In this document: piece by piece, positions 40,409 through 50,846 of the stretch | Position numbering within the stretch: position 1 is the stretch's first letter | How the letters are laid out: every line of letters begins with the position of its first letter | Source: Candidatus Pacebacteria bacterium CG2_30_36_39 | Lineage (GTDB): Bacteria; Patescibacteriota; Microgenomatia; UBA1400; PJMF01 | Assembly: GCA_001873435.1 (NCBI GenBank) | Contig: MNZB01000004.1 | Span: forward strand, 158,980-222,979 | Direction: 5' to 3' | Length of the DNA stretch: 64,000 nt | Made by a program: the position numbers and the translations under genes | Notes under the pieces: generated by a model | The model's input: only the letters and a program-made list of their open reading frames with translations | Told to the model about the DNA's origin: nothing | The model's database searches: none

Positions 40409-40448
40409 ATTTACTCCTTTTATATTTATTCTTTTTTTACTTTTTAAA

Positions 40449-40931
40449 TTAGTCCAAAACTACCTTGGCATGCTGGATTACTAAGCCATTGAGACGGTAA
40501 CCTTTTTGGCTTACTTGGACTACTTTTTTACCATTTTGTTGTTTTTCAATTACTTCCATAGTTTCTACATCAAATTCTTTATTCAATACTTCTATTTCCT
40601 CCAAACCAAAATCAGCCAAAACCTTTTTTAACTGCTCAGTAACCATTGTTAAACCTTGATCTTGTAGTTGTTGAGCAGCTAACTGTAAATGTTCAAATGG
40701 CTGTAATAAAGATTCAATCAAATCTCTATTTGCCATTTTAATACTGCGCAAGCGCTCTTCTTGGGTTCTACGCATTAAGTTTTGATAATCTGCTAAAGAA
40801 CGTTTTTCTTTTTCAAGTTCTTGAGACAACTTTTCTTCTAGCTCTGCAACTTTTGCGATAGCCACTACCAATTCTTCCGATTGATCGGCGACAACATGAT
40901 CAGTGTTATTACTTATCTTTGTTTTTTTCAT
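40449..40931 (-). CDS. grpE: Nucleotide exchange factor GrpE
   Basis: [20 protein letters not shown]...AKVV; between hrcA and dnaK. Confidence 0.92.
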   Translation of the reverse strand: MKKTKISNNTDHVVADQSEELVVAIAKVAELEEKLSQELEKEKRSLADYQNLMRRTQEERLRSIKMANRDLIESLLQPFEHLQLAAQQLQDQGLTMVTEQLKKVLADFGLEEIEVLNKEFDVETMEVIEKQQNGKKVVQVSQKGYRLNGLVIQHAKVVLD

Positions 40932-40937
40932 TTAACC

Positions 40938-41663
40938 TTATCCGGTAATTTCTTCAATTAAACCCTTAAAATATTTCATCATTGGAATGATGTAAGGATA
41001 GTCAAAACGATGTGAGCCAATTACACCTATTTTACAAAGTTGACCTCCGGCTGTAACTTCCATATAAATTAGACTTACAGGTTCAAGATTTTTGTTTCCC
41101 AGCTCTTTGCCATAAACTAGATGAACTGGGTTTTCACTTTGACCAAGATCAAAGACATCTTCCATCATCCCAGCTTCTTCAATTAAATTGAGCACATTGC
41201 GAGTAACACGAATATCAAAAAATTCTGGCATATTTAATAAATTAGCATAACCAGAATGATAGATGCGATGATCTATGGGAGTCATAGCTACTCCGACAGC
41301 ATGAGCTTTTTCAGCCAAGATACGAGCCGCTTCATAAAGCAAGGCGTCTGTTTGTTGACGATACTTCCAAATTTTTTCTTTTGCCCCTACTTCATCTGCC
41401 ACTGACAATTCTTTTTCTTTCATCAGCTCATTAACGTATAAACGTAAAGCCAAAGGTGTAGGAATACGCCCAGCAGAAATATGAGATTTTTGTAAATAAC
41501 CTTGCTTGGTAAGATAAACCATTTCATTGCGAATAGTGGCCGGAGAAACACCAATGTTGAATTTTTTATCAATAGTATCAGAGCCAACTGGCTTAGCTGT
41601 TTCGATAAACTCCTCGATGATAGCGCGTAATATTTGGATCTGACGAGCAACGAGATCAATCAT
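40938..41663 (-). CDS. hrcA: Heat-inducible repressor HrcA, short form
   Basis: PVGS, VSPATIRNEM, HISAGRIPT; start placed at MIDL because the upstream in-frame start lies within the promoter. Confidence 0.93.
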   Translation of the reverse strand: MIDLVARQIQILRAIIEEFIETAKPVGSDTIDKKFNIGVSPATIRNEMVYLTKQGYLQKSHISAGRIPTPLALRLYVNELMKEKELSVADEVGAKEKIWKYRQQTDALLYEAARILAEKAHAVGVAMTPIDHRIYHSGYANLLNMPEFFDIRVTRNVLNLIEEAGMMEDVFDLGQSENPVHLVYGKELGNKNLEPVSLIYMEVTAGGQLCKIGVIGSHRFDYPYIIPMMKYFKGLIEEITG

Positions 41664-41667
41664 AATA

Positions 41668-41702
41668 TTAGCAATGATATACAAAGAGTGCTAACAAGTC
41701 AA
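41668..41702 (-). promoter_or_regulatory. CIRCE operator overlapping the hrcA promoter
   Basis: TTAGCACTC-N9-CATTGCTAA (41668-41694) overlapping TTGACT-17 nt-TATCAT. Confidence 0.88.
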
Positions 41703-41722
41703 TCAGAAAATAAAAACGAGTG

Positions 41723-42847
41723 CTAATTTGAAAAAGAAGCAACTAAATCACGAATTTTACTCTGGAAAACTGCTTTACTAAACTTTTCTGCCCAAACCCT
41801 AATAGCAACTGGAGAAAAATTTTGCAACTCAAAATGTTTAATACCCTCCTCCAAACCAGCCTCATTAAGCTCATTAAAAAGAATACCAGTTTTATCATTT
41901 TTAACAGTTTCTTTGGGACCACCAGAATTGTGAGCAATCACTGGAGTTCCATAAAGCATAGCCTCAACTGGCACAATCCCAAAATCCTCATACTCCACTG
42001 GATATAATAAAGCCTTAGCTCCAGCATAGAGCTCAGCTAATTTAATATCATCAACTGCACCCAAAAACTCAACTGAAGGACCAGCCATAGCTTGTAATTG
42101 AGACAACATCTTACCAGTTCCAACTACTTTTAAAGGCAAATTAAGTTTTGTGCATACAGATACAGCCAACTCTGGATGCTTAGCTAAAGCCAACCGATTT
42201 ACATAGAGAAAATACTTTCTATCTTTCGGTTCAACTAAGGTTTTTTTATCGCTTCCATTCAAATCAACGGGAGGATAGATAACTATTGATTCTCGACGAT
42301 AAAACTTGGTGATTCTACCAGCGGTTTCTTGAGAATTTGCAATAAATTTATCAACATTATTTCGAGAAACTTTTACATCAATAATTCTCATAAAATGATT
42401 TAAAAAATATCCAGCAACTCTCATTAGTGGATTACTCTTCCAATCAGACATAGCGGAATAACCATACAAAACTCTAGGAGGAGTATGACAATAACAAATA
42501 TGTTTACCATTGATAACCCTTACCGCCTTAGCAAAGTATGCATTGGAAGAAGAAATCACTAAATCATAAGCAGATAAATCTAAACTAGAAAAAGCCCATG
42601 GAGCTAAAAATCTCAATGGAGAATGCAATTTTTTAAACCCAGGGATTTTACTTAGCCATGTTTCCCTAATATCCCAATCAGCAAATCTTGATGCGTGGAC
42701 CCCCAGAGATTTTTGGTCATAAAAAGCAGTATAAACTGGGGCTTCTGGATACATCTCATGTAAAGCTTCCAAAACCCTCTCTGCTCCACCAAATTCTCTT
42801 AAATAATCATGAACCAGGGCAATTTTTTGAGGAAAATTTTTTGACAT
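41723..42847 (-). CDS. GT4 glycosyltransferase
   Basis: HDYL...GGAERVL, YCHTPPR, EDFGIVPVEAM. Confidence 0.92.
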   Translation of the reverse strand: MSKNFPQKIALVHDYLREFGGAERVLEALHEMYPEAPVYTAFYDQKSLGVHASRFADWDIRETWLSKIPGFKKLHSPLRFLAPWAFSSLDLSAYDLVISSSNAYFAKAVRVINGKHICYCHTPPRVLYGYSAMSDWKSNPLMRVAGYFLNHFMRIIDVKVSRNNVDKFIANSQETAGRITKFYRRESIVIYPPVDLNGSDKKTLVEPKDRKYFLYVNRLALAKHPELAVSVCTKLNLPLKVVGTGKMLSQLQAMAGPSVEFLGAVDDIKLAELYAGAKALLYPVEYEDFGIVPVEAMLYGTPVIAHNSGGPKETVKNDKTGILFNELNEAGLEEGIKHFELQNFSPVAIRVWAEKFSKAVFQSKIRDLVASFSN

Positions 42848-43776
42848 TAAAATAGTGCCTCCTGAACTGAAGTTTCAAATGCATCCTGAGGTAATAAAGA
42901 AATAAGTGATTTAAAATTCAGTTCCGTAAATAAATCAGCAATAGTTTGTTTGTTATATGAAGAAACTCTACAATCCTCAAGCACAAACTTAATTGGAGCA
43001 TCAGTGATAATGGTAGCTAATTCTTTACTAACCAAGGCACTTTCTTTATCAGTAATTAATTTTTTCTTAACCGATGGAGTAAAAATTGGAGACTCTTGAT
43101 CTGCCTCTAAAGCCTGATAAACACCAGCCACTGTCTTGAAACTCTGAATCAAAGCAGCTGCGGTTTTGGGACCTATTCCTTTAACACCAGGAATATTATC
43201 AGAACTATCACCCATTAAGCCCTTAAGATCTGGTACCTGGTCTGGAGCTACGCCCATTTTTTCCTTAACAGCCTGAATATCATATTCTTTATCTGTTTGA
43301 AATTTACCCCTTCCAGGCATATATACATGAGTATCATTATCAACTAATTGGAACATATCCTTATCACCAGTTAAAATTACAGTTAATAACTCTTTATCCA
43401 AAGACTCAATAGTGCGGTTAATTGTTCCAATCAAATCATCTGCCTCATAACCTTCTATTTCAAATTGTGGAATATTCAATGCTTCAACCACACTTTTAAT
43501 TATACCTATTTGAGACTGAAGTTCTTCTGGCATAGTAGGACGATTAGCCTTATATGCCTCAAACTCCTTATGTCTCATTGTGGGTTTGGGATGATCAAAA
43601 GCCACTGCTATATGAGTTGGTTCTAAATTTTGAATTACAGTTAATAAAATTCTAGAAAAACCATAAACAGCATTAATCAACTGACCAGTTGGAGTAGTTA
43701 GTTCTTTGGGAAAACCAAAAAAACATCGATAAATCAATGCATGTCCATCAATGAGAAGAAATGTTTTTTGGGACAT
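42847..43776 (-). CDS. Stand-alone 5'-3' exonuclease (Pol I N-terminal domain)
   Basis: LIDGHALIYR, YKANR, GYEADD, GDKD, GDSSDNIPGVKGIGPKTA; no polymerase domain. Confidence 0.92.
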   Translation of the reverse strand: MSQKTFLLIDGHALIYRCFFGFPKELTTPTGQLINAVYGFSRILLTVIQNLEPTHIAVAFDHPKPTMRHKEFEAYKANRPTMPEELQSQIGIIKSVVEALNIPQFEIEGYEADDLIGTINRTIESLDKELLTVILTGDKDMFQLVDNDTHVYMPGRGKFQTDKEYDIQAVKEKMGVAPDQVPDLKGLMGDSSDNIPGVKGIGPKTAAALIQSFKTVAGVYQALEADQESPIFTPSVKKKLITDKESALVSKELATIITDAPIKFVLEDCRVSSYNKQTIADLFTELNFKSLISLLPQDAFETSVQEALF

Positions 43777-43791
43777 ATTGTCTGTATTCTA

Positions 43792-44244
43792 CTACAGACG
43801 CCAGCGTTGAGGAGGTAATGAAGATTTACTGTCTTTATTCTTAACTAAATAATCAGTCTTGTTCTTTAGGCTACGCAACTCATCCTCAATACGATCAAGC
43901 TTCTCATGCATTCTGCGCCACTCATAATCTTCTTGCATCTGATTAAGATAAACAGTAATCGTACCAACTAAAGCACCGAACATTACCGCTCCAGAGAGTT
44001 GTAATAAGGCTCCTAAAAATCTGCCAGCATTAGTAACAGGCACTACATCACCATAGCCGACAGCAGTAACCGTTGACATCGCCCACCACAAGCCGTCGCT
44101 TGCTGATTGAATATTTGATTGTGGATCCATTATTTCTAAAGGAATAATCACCATACCAGCAAAAATTGTAGCGGTAAAAATTATGATCAAAATCTTACCT
44201 AAACGACGAGATAAAGGAAAACGACGCATTAATGGGACAGTCAT
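43792..44244 (-). CDS. Two-TM potassium channel (KcsA-like)
   Basis: WWAMSTVTAVGYGD selectivity filter. Confidence 0.88.
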   Translation of the reverse strand: MTVPLMRRFPLSRRLGKILIIIFTATIFAGMVIIPLEIMDPQSNIQSASDGLWWAMSTVTAVGYGDVVPVTNAGRFLGALLQLSGAVMFGALVGTITVYLNQMQEDYEWRRMHEKLDRIEDELRSLKNKTDYLVKNKDSKSSLPPQRWRL

Positions 44245-44292
44245 TATGTTCTCTATGATACGAGAAAATCTTTAGAAGAACAAGTTCGTTTG

Positions 44293-46260
44293 CTAGCTAC
44301 GCTTAAGCTCTTTGCGAGCCTTAGGCATACCCATAACTCTTTCAAACTCATCACTATCCATAGTCTCTATTTCCAAGAGTTTTTTGGTTACAGCATCAAG
44401 TTCTTTACGATGTTTCTTTAATAATAAAGTAGCTTTTTTCTGAGCTTCATCAATGTATTTACGAATTTCATCATCAACTTTTTCTTGAAGTTGACTAGAA
44501 ATCTTTTGTGGCTCGCCCCAGGCTCTGGCATATGTTTGGTCATATTGAGGGGCGAAATTCATTGGACCCAAATCACTCATACCATACTCCACCACCATAG
44601 CTCTAGCAGCTCTTGTGGCGCGCTCAATATCATTACTGGCACCAGCTGTTTGCTCGCCATAAACCAACTCTTCAGCTGTACGACCGCCCATCATTACCAC
44701 CATATCATCCAACATCTCTGATTTGAGCAATTGCACTCTATCTTTTTCTGGAGGAGTAAATGTATATCCCAAGGCATGACCTCTGGAAACAATAGAAATT
44801 CTATGAACTGGATCGGCATAGGGAAGAATATGAGCCAAAACAGCATGACCAGCCTCATGGCAAGCAGTCATCTCACGCTCATAATCATCATGAAGACGTT
44901 TTTTGCTTGGACCATATTTTACTTTCAAAGAAGCCTCTTCAATATCTTCCATATTAATGAAGTCTCTGCTTTCGCGAGCAATAGCAATAGCAGCCTCATT
45001 CATCATATTTTCTAGATCTGCTCCAGAAAATCCAACTGTTCTCTTAGCTATCTTTTCCCAAGTTAAAGCTGGATCCATAGGTTTGCCTTTGGCATGAATC
45101 TTTAAAATAAATTTACGTTCTTCTAAATCAGGTAAGGAAACAGTCACACGACGATCAAAACGACCAGGACGAACCAAAGCTGGATCAAGCATGTCTCCCC
45201 TGTTTGTAGCAGCCATAACAATTACGTTTTCATTACGAGCAAAACCATCCATTTCAACTAAGATTTGATTTAAAGTCTGCTCTCTTTCGTCATGCCCACC
45301 CATACTGCCTTGGCCACGAATGCGACCAATTGCATCAATTTCATCGATAAAAATAATAGCTGGAGCTAACTTTTTAGCTGTCTCAAACAAGTCACGAACT
45401 CTAGAAGCACCAACACCAACTAGCATTTCCATAAATTCAGAACCTGCAATAGATAAGAACTGTACATTTGCTTCTCCAGCTACAGCTCTGGCCAATAAAG
45501 TTTTTCCTGTACCAGATGGACCAACCAATAAAACACCTTTTGGAGTACGAGCTCCCACTTTAATATATTTCTTAGGATTCTTTAAAAAGTCGACAATTTC
45601 TTGTAGTTCTTGCTTAGCTTCATCCATACCGCCCACATCACCAAAAGTAATGCTTTGCTTGCCTTTAACAAAAACTTTGGCTTTACTACGACCAATACCC
45701 ATAATTCCGTCTTGAGCTCCGCGAGCCTGTCGGAACATCATTAAGAAAAATAAAATCATTAAACCAAGCGGCAAGAAATTAATTATCAATTCCCAAAAAA
45801 GTTGACCAAAAGCCACATTCTCGATGTTGAGATCTACTGCAGTAATATCAATACCAGCAGAATCTAAAATTGAGAGAGCTTCCTGACCTTCTTCCTTAAG
45901 AGCATATTTTTTGCTCTCATCTTTATAAATACCTCTTAGTTCAGTGCTAGTAACCTGAATTTTTTCAATTTTTTCTTCACGAATATCACGCACCATTTGG
46001 CTTAAAGAAACATATTCAGTAGAACCACCAAAAAGATTGCGTATTGCAGGAAAAAAGATTAATAAAAGAATTAAAAAAATAAAACCTTTATTAAAGATAT
46101 TATTCAAATTCATATTAAATTGGAAAATCTTCACATTTTTTGGCAATTTAGGCATTTGTTGTTGAACACCAGGCTTTTTTTGAGTTTTTTGAGGATCAGC
46201 AGCCTTATTTTGAGGTGAAATATTTTTTTTATCTTGTTTTGTTCCAGGCTTGTCAGTCAT
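44293..46260 (-). CDS. ftsH: ATP-dependent zinc metalloprotease FtsH
   Basis: Two TM helices, [26 protein letters not shown]. Confidence 0.98.
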   Translation of the reverse strand: MTDKPGTKQDKKNISPQNKAADPQKTQKKPGVQQQMPKLPKNVKIFQFNMNLNNIFNKGFIFLILLLIFFPAIRNLFGGSTEYVSLSQMVRDIREEKIEKIQVTSTELRGIYKDESKKYALKEEGQEALSILDSAGIDITAVDLNIENVAFGQLFWELIINFLPLGLMILFFLMMFRQARGAQDGIMGIGRSKAKVFVKGKQSITFGDVGGMDEAKQELQEIVDFLKNPKKYIKVGARTPKGVLLVGPSGTGKTLLARAVAGEANVQFLSIAGSEFMEMLVGVGASRVRDLFETAKKLAPAIIFIDEIDAIGRIRGQGSMGGHDEREQTLNQILVEMDGFARNENVIVMAATNRGDMLDPALVRPGRFDRRVTVSLPDLEERKFILKIHAKGKPMDPALTWEKIAKRTVGFSGADLENMMNEAAIAIARESRDFINMEDIEEASLKVKYGPSKKRLHDDYEREMTACHEAGHAVLAHILPYADPVHRISIVSRGHALGYTFTPPEKDRVQLLKSEMLDDMVVMMGGRTAEELVYGEQTAGASNDIERATRAARAMVVEYGMSDLGPMNFAPQYDQTYARAWGEPQKISSQLQEKVDDEIRKYIDEAQKKATLLLKKHRKELDAVTKKLLEIETMDSDEFERVMGMPKARKELKRS

Positions 46261-46342
46261 AGTGAGAGGTATTGTAACATGATCATTGATTCAAAAAAGA
46301 GTTGCAGGATTACAAATTTTAAACCTTTATATATCAAAAAAA

Positions 46343-46837
46343 TTATCTTGGCAGATCTTTTTCATATTTAGAAAAAAGTGCCTCAACTTTGTCCCTATAC
46401 CCAGAGTAGAGTTCCCAAAACTTTTCCCCCGACCAAATATGTAGGGAAATTAATGCCCCAAGTGCTGAAACATTATTATTTTTTTCAGATAAACCAATAT
46501 CTCTGGCATTGCCAATGTGTTGTAAGTGCCACTCGGCCTCACATTTTGGACAATGAAGACGCAGGTTGCTTAAAGCATTATATCGATTAAGTTTATGACC
46601 ATTTTGGTCTGAAATTCTAGTATGATCCATGTGACCAACAATACTCTCGTCTTCATTCAAACGAATACCACAACTCTCACATCTACCACTAGCTCTTTCG
46701 CGAACTTCTCTCTTAGCTCCTTGCGAAGCAGAAGAAAAAGCTACTCCAACTATCGCTCCAAGAGCCAATAGCCACCACAAAATCTTCTGATTTTTGTTTT
46801 CCTCAGCAGAAGCCAGTAAAACAGACTCTCTTTCCAA
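46343..46837 (-). CDS. HNH endonuclease-like protein with N-terminal hydrophobic helix
   Basis: CESC...GHMDH...NLRLHCPKC...H. Confidence 0.7.
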   Translation of the reverse strand: MERESVLLASAEENKNQKILWWLLALGAIVGVAFSSASQGAKREVRERASGRCESCGIRLNEDESIVGHMDHTRISDQNGHKLNRYNALSNLRLHCPKCEAEWHLQHIGNARDIGLSEKNNNVSALGALISLHIWSGEKFWELYSGYRDKVEALFSKYEKDLPR

Positions 46838-46884
46838 AGAGAACTTTCTATTGAATTAATAAACTGGGGCAGATTTATGTAAGC

Positions 46885-47220
46885 TTAGCGCACTACAGTG
46901 CCAGCTGCAACTTCTGGTTTTAGGGAAAAAGGAACTGGTTGATCATCACCATCAGCCATAATCATCATTCCTTGGCTAATTGAGTCACCCATTTTGCGCT
47001 CAGCCATATTAACAATAAACATATATGAGTTACCAATAAAATCTTCTGGCTGATACCACTGTTTAATACCAGATAAAATTGTTTTTTCACCAATCTCTGC
47101 ACCAAAATCTACCCTAAACTCTAGTAGTTTTTGACTCCACTCTGGGGCTGCCGCGGCAATTATCTTGCCAATTCTAATATCTAATTTTTCAAAATCACTA
47201 TATTCTATGGTTGGTTTCAT
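46885..47220 (-). CDS. tRNA-binding OB-fold protein (Trbp111/MetG C-terminal-like)
   Basis: DFEKLDIRIG, ILSGI, NM..RKM...SQGM. Confidence 0.88.
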   Translation of the reverse strand: MKPTIEYSDFEKLDIRIGKIIAAAAPEWSQKLLEFRVDFGAEIGEKTILSGIKQWYQPEDFIGNSYMFIVNMAERKMGDSISQGMMIMADGDDQPVPFSLKPEVAAGTVVR

Positions 47221-47234
47221 ATTTTTCCCAAAAA

Positions 47235-48248
47235 CTAATTTTTTACTCCAATAATTTTATATACTTCAGTTAAAGTAGCATTTGCCACTTGGCCTGCCTT
47301 GTCGGCTCCCATAGCCAAAATCTTGGTTACTAGTTCCAGATCGTTCGCCAAAGCCAATCTGCGCTTACGAGCCGCTTCAAACATTCTTTGATGAGCTAAA
47401 AATAGTTTCTCTTTAACTTCAACATCGCCTACTTGTCCTGCCTGGTATCTTGATTTTAAATCAGTAACTTCATCCTGATTATCATTAATCAAATCATGAT
47501 AGATAAAGATTGGATTGCCATCTACTTTCCCTGGATCAGTAGCTTTTTTGCGGTTTGGATCAGTGAAACAAGACATAATCTGTTTACGAATTACTGCTTC
47601 ATCTTCAAAAATGCCAATAGTATTACCCAATGATTTACTCATCTTGCGTTGACCATCAGTGCCAACAATCTTACCAACTTGCTTGGAAATTAGTGGTTCT
47701 GGTAAAGGAAATTCTTCTTGTTGATAAGTACGATTGAAGTTTTCAGCAATATCACGAGTTAACTCAATATGCTGACGTTGATCTTCACCAACTGGAATAC
47801 CAAATGGTTTGTAAAGCAAAATGTCTGCTGCCATTAAAATGGGATAGTTAAATAAGCCCATATTAATTGATTCAACTCCAATATCTTTTTGAAGTTTATC
47901 TTTAAAAGCATGCATTCTTTGCATCTGGCCAAAAGAGATATAGTTTGCCAAAACAATGGCTAACTGAGTATGGGCTGGAACTTGAGACTGGCGAAAGAAA
48001 ACACATTTTTCTGGATCAAGGCCTAAAGATAAATAATCAAGAACCACGCCTAAAATATTTTTTTCTAGAGTTTTTTGATCATGTACTGTGGTAAGAGCAT
48101 GTAAATCAGCAACAAAATAAAATGTTTCTTTACTGCTGTCATTTTGTAGCTCAATTTGTGGTTTTACAGCACCAAAATAATTGCCAATATGGAGAGAGTT
48201 GCCGCTTGGAGTAATGCCAGATAAAATTCTATTTGTTTTTGTTGTCAT
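47235..48248 (-). CDS. trpS: Tryptophanyl-tRNA synthetase
   Basis: SGITPSG, HIGN, YPILMAADIL, VGEDQRQH, KMSKS. Confidence 0.98.
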   Translation of the reverse strand: MTTKTNRILSGITPSGNSLHIGNYFGAVKPQIELQNDSSKETFYFVADLHALTTVHDQKTLEKNILGVVLDYLSLGLDPEKCVFFRQSQVPAHTQLAIVLANYISFGQMQRMHAFKDKLQKDIGVESINMGLFNYPILMAADILLYKPFGIPVGEDQRQHIELTRDIAENFNRTYQQEEFPLPEPLISKQVGKIVGTDGQRKMSKSLGNTIGIFEDEAVIRKQIMSCFTDPNRKKATDPGKVDGNPIFIYHDLINDNQDEVTDLKSRYQAGQVGDVEVKEKLFLAHQRMFEAARKRRLALANDLELVTKILAMGADKAGQVANATLTEVYKIIGVKN

Positions 48249-48308
48249 AAAGTTTCCTAATTATAAATGAATACGTAAGTTTTGCAGAGGCATATCTGGA
48301 ATTAAATC

Positions 48309-48336
48309 CAAAAAACCCCCAATTTTAGGGGGTTTT
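48309..48336 (-). terminator. Attenuator terminator in the trpS leader
   Basis: Minus strand AAAACCCCC-taaaatt-GGGGGTTTTTT between the leader peptide and trpS. Confidence 0.8.
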
Positions 48337-48386
48337 GTTTCAAATTAATTTCTTTTAAATTTTATAACACAACAAATACACCCCTC

Positions 48387-48446
48387 TTATTTTGAGTGGC
48401 GCCACCAAGAAAATTTAATTTGTTGGTAAGTATTTGTCATATCCAT
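48387..48446 (-). CDS. TrpL-like leader peptide MDMTNTYQQIKFSWWRHSK
   Basis: Tandem TGG TGG codons followed by Arg, upstream of an antiterminator/terminator pair and trpS. Confidence 0.8.
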   Translation of the reverse strand: MDMTNTYQQIKFSWWRHSK

Positions 48447-48487
48447 GTTTTATTCTAATTTATCTAAACTTATTTACCATTACTGGT

Positions 48488-49357
48488 TTAAAGTTCTTCA
48501 ATTTGAACATTAGGAGCCATATCTGGAGCATCAATTAATTCAAGATATTTCTCAGTAGTAGTAATACGTTTGTGACCAACTAGTTGAGAGACATAAACCA
48601 ATGGAGTGCCAGCCTTAAGCTGTTCAACAATAAATGTATGACGTAAATCGTTTACTTTGGCTTCTTTGATTCCAGCTAAACGGAAATAACGATCAATAGC
48701 AGTACGGATATTTCTAACCAAGAAAGGACGACAAGTCTTGGTTAAAAAGACAGTCTTCTCTTTTGAACGAGGACGAACTTTCAAATAGTCCATCAAAGCT
48801 TTTTTAGCAGCTTTATTCAAAGGAACTTTGCGTTCTTCTCTAGAATTTTGAGCTAAAATGTTTACAACACCTCTATCCAAATCAACGTCATCAGATGCCA
48901 AAGCAGCTAGTTCACTAATTCTCATACCAGTTTGAAGTAAAACTTCAACAATGGCAAAAATACGAGCATCTCCACGACATGCGTCGCGCAAAGCTCTGTA
49001 TTCTAAACGACTCAATACTCTGGGAGGAGATTGTTCAATTTTAGGATGAGAAATAGTTTCTGCTGGATTTGCTGCAACAATGTTTTCTCCAATTAAATAA
49101 CGGAAGAAAGCTTTAATAGAGTTGATTTTGCGAGAAACTGATTTACTTGTATAACGTTTTTGTTTTAAATCACTCTTAAAGTTATCAATATCATCACTAG
49201 TAACCTCGGCCACTAGGGTTTTACCCTTTTCGCCGACGAATTGAACTAATTGTTCTATGTCTTTACTGTATGCGATGACTGTTGCATTGGCTTTACCCTT
49301 CTCTCGAAGGTTTTGCTCAAATTTAACATGTGCATCAACTAAAACTGTTTGTTGCAT
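48488..49357 (-). CDS. XerC/D-like tyrosine recombinase with divergent catalytic motifs
   Basis: N-terminal SAM-like domain, TGMRISEL, NDLRHTF, LVGH, TTEKY. Confidence 0.88.
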   Translation of the reverse strand: MQQTVLVDAHVKFEQNLREKGKANATVIAYSKDIEQLVQFVGEKGKTLVAEVTSDDIDNFKSDLKQKRYTSKSVSRKINSIKAFFRYLIGENIVAANPAETISHPKIEQSPPRVLSRLEYRALRDACRGDARIFAIVEVLLQTGMRISELAALASDDVDLDRGVVNILAQNSREERKVPLNKAAKKALMDYLKVRPRSKEKTVFLTKTCRPFLVRNIRTAIDRYFRLAGIKEAKVNDLRHTFIVEQLKAGTPLVYVSQLVGHKRITTTEKYLELIDAPDMAPNVQIEEL

Positions 49358-49489
49358 ATATTTTCTCTTTCCCTCTTATACAATGGCACTAAAATATAGC
49401 GTCAGTGTATGATGTAGGGCAGAATACTAATTAACTTATATTAATCTAACGTCTTATAATATCATAACCAGGGATTTTTAGCAAGCAGT

Positions 49490-49843
49490 ATGAAACAATT
49501 GCTTACCAAGCCCATCACCATCCTCTTTCTTAGTGTTATATCACTGCTGTTTTTTATTTCTCTTCGAAAAACAGCACAAAAAAGTGAGCTATCACAGAAA
49601 AATGTTGAGATACTAGAACAAAAAATTGAGGATAATAAAATTGAGATTGAAGAAGAAAAAAAACAAATATTTTATGCGTCATCAGAATTTGCTATAGACA
49701 AACTTTGGCGGGATGAATTATTAAACTATAAACCAGGAGAATATGTTTTACAAATTCCACTTGAGGAAAAAGTAAAAAAAGATGAAAGTTTTACTGAAAA
49801 TAAATCAGCTTGGGAAAATTGGCTTAGCTTATTCCAAAAATAA
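49490..49843 (+). CDS. Septum formation initiator (FtsB/DivIC-like)
   Basis: Single TM, coiled coil, RDELLNYKPGE motif. Confidence 0.65.
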   Translation: MKQLLTKPITILFLSVISLLFFISLRKTAQKSELSQKNVEILEQKIEDNKIEIEEEKKQIFYASSEFAIDKLWRDELLNYKPGEYVLQIPLEEKVKKDESFTENKSAWENWLSLFQK

Positions 49844-49886
49844 AAAATTAAATCGAGTTATAATTATATCTATATATATCTAACTA

Positions 49887-50846
49887 ATGAAAAAAAATAA
49901 AAAAGAACAAAGATTATCTACCAAACCTACTGGAGAAACTGCTTTTTTGGCATACTATCGAACTCTTTTCGCCAATGAAGCTGAATTTCAATCCTGGGAA
50001 AAAGCTTTAAGATCAGACAAAAACCCAGTTTTACGCTTTAATCCTAAATATGAAGAAATATTAAAACAACTTTGGAGTGAAGCTGAATTACCGTGGAAAA
50101 CTCTTTCTTGGCATCCATACGCCCTAGAATGGCCTAAAAATGTTCCTCCAAAGACAACATTGCCTGGTTTCAAAGAGCGCTATTTTTATGCCATGAATGC
50201 CTCTTCCTTGTTGCCAGTACTAGCTCTTGATCCTGGTCCTGGAGACTTAGTGTTAGATGCTTGCGCTGCTCCAGGAGGAAAAGCCTTGTTTATTGATGAT
50301 TTGCTTGATAAAAAAGGATTACTTATTGCTAATGACCTTTCAAACTTCCGTCGAGGTCGAATGCGTCAGATCTTCAAAGCCTATGATAAAGAGCACATTG
50401 AGATTTGGGGACAAAAGGCAGAAACCATTTTTTATAACCAACCAGAGTATTTTGATAAAATTCTCATTGATGCTCCATGTAGTAGTGAAAAACATATTAT
50501 TAGAGAACCAAAAGAATTAAAAAAATGGAGTTACACTAGAATTCAAACTCTATCTGCTAGACAAAAAAATCTCCTGAAATCTCTTTGGTTGGCTTTAAAA
50601 CCTGGTGGCACCATGGTTTATTCCACTTGTGCTGTTACTCCAGAGGAAAATGAGGGAGTTGTTGAAGAATTTATTAAAGAGCAACAAGATGCCATACTCC
50701 AACCATGGACTTTGGATACTCCTGGAGGGGCTGGTTTGTCATTTCAAGAAAATTTGTCTTTTTCTCTGGAAAAAGTACGTAGAGTCCAACCACATAAAGA
50801 TGGTTTCGACCCCATGTTTGTAGCAAAATTTGTAAAAAAAGTTTAG
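49887..50846 (+). CDS. RsmB/RsmF (NOL1/NOP2) RNA m5C methyltransferase
   Basis: LDACAAPGGK, DAPCS, VYSTC. Confidence 0.92.
   Translation: MKKNKKEQRLSTKPTGETAFLAYYRTLFANEAEFQSWEKALRSDKNPVLRFNPKYEEILKQLWSEAELPWKTLSWHPYALEWPKNVPPKTTLPGFKERYFYAMNASSLLPVLALDPGPGDLVLDACAAPGGKALFIDDLLDKKGLLIANDLSNFRRGRMRQIFKAYDKEHIEIWGQKAETIFYNQPEYFDKILIDAPCSSEKHIIREPKELKKWSYTRIQTLSARQKNLLKSLWLALKPGGTMVYSTCAVTPEENEGVVEEFIKEQQDAILQPWTLDTPGGAGLSFQENLSFSLEKVRRVQPHKDGFDPMFVAKFVKKV

Noticed and set aside
48250-48480. T-box riboswitch upstream of trpS
   Set aside because: No AGGGTGGNACCGCG-type T-box in a proper antiterminator and no stem I. The TGGTGGCGCC look-alike is better explained as Trp-Trp-Arg codons of a leader peptide.
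49425-49460. dif-like site upstream of the Xer-like gene
   Set aside because: Only a loose AT-rich resemblance to one arm; no convincing 11-6-11 structure.
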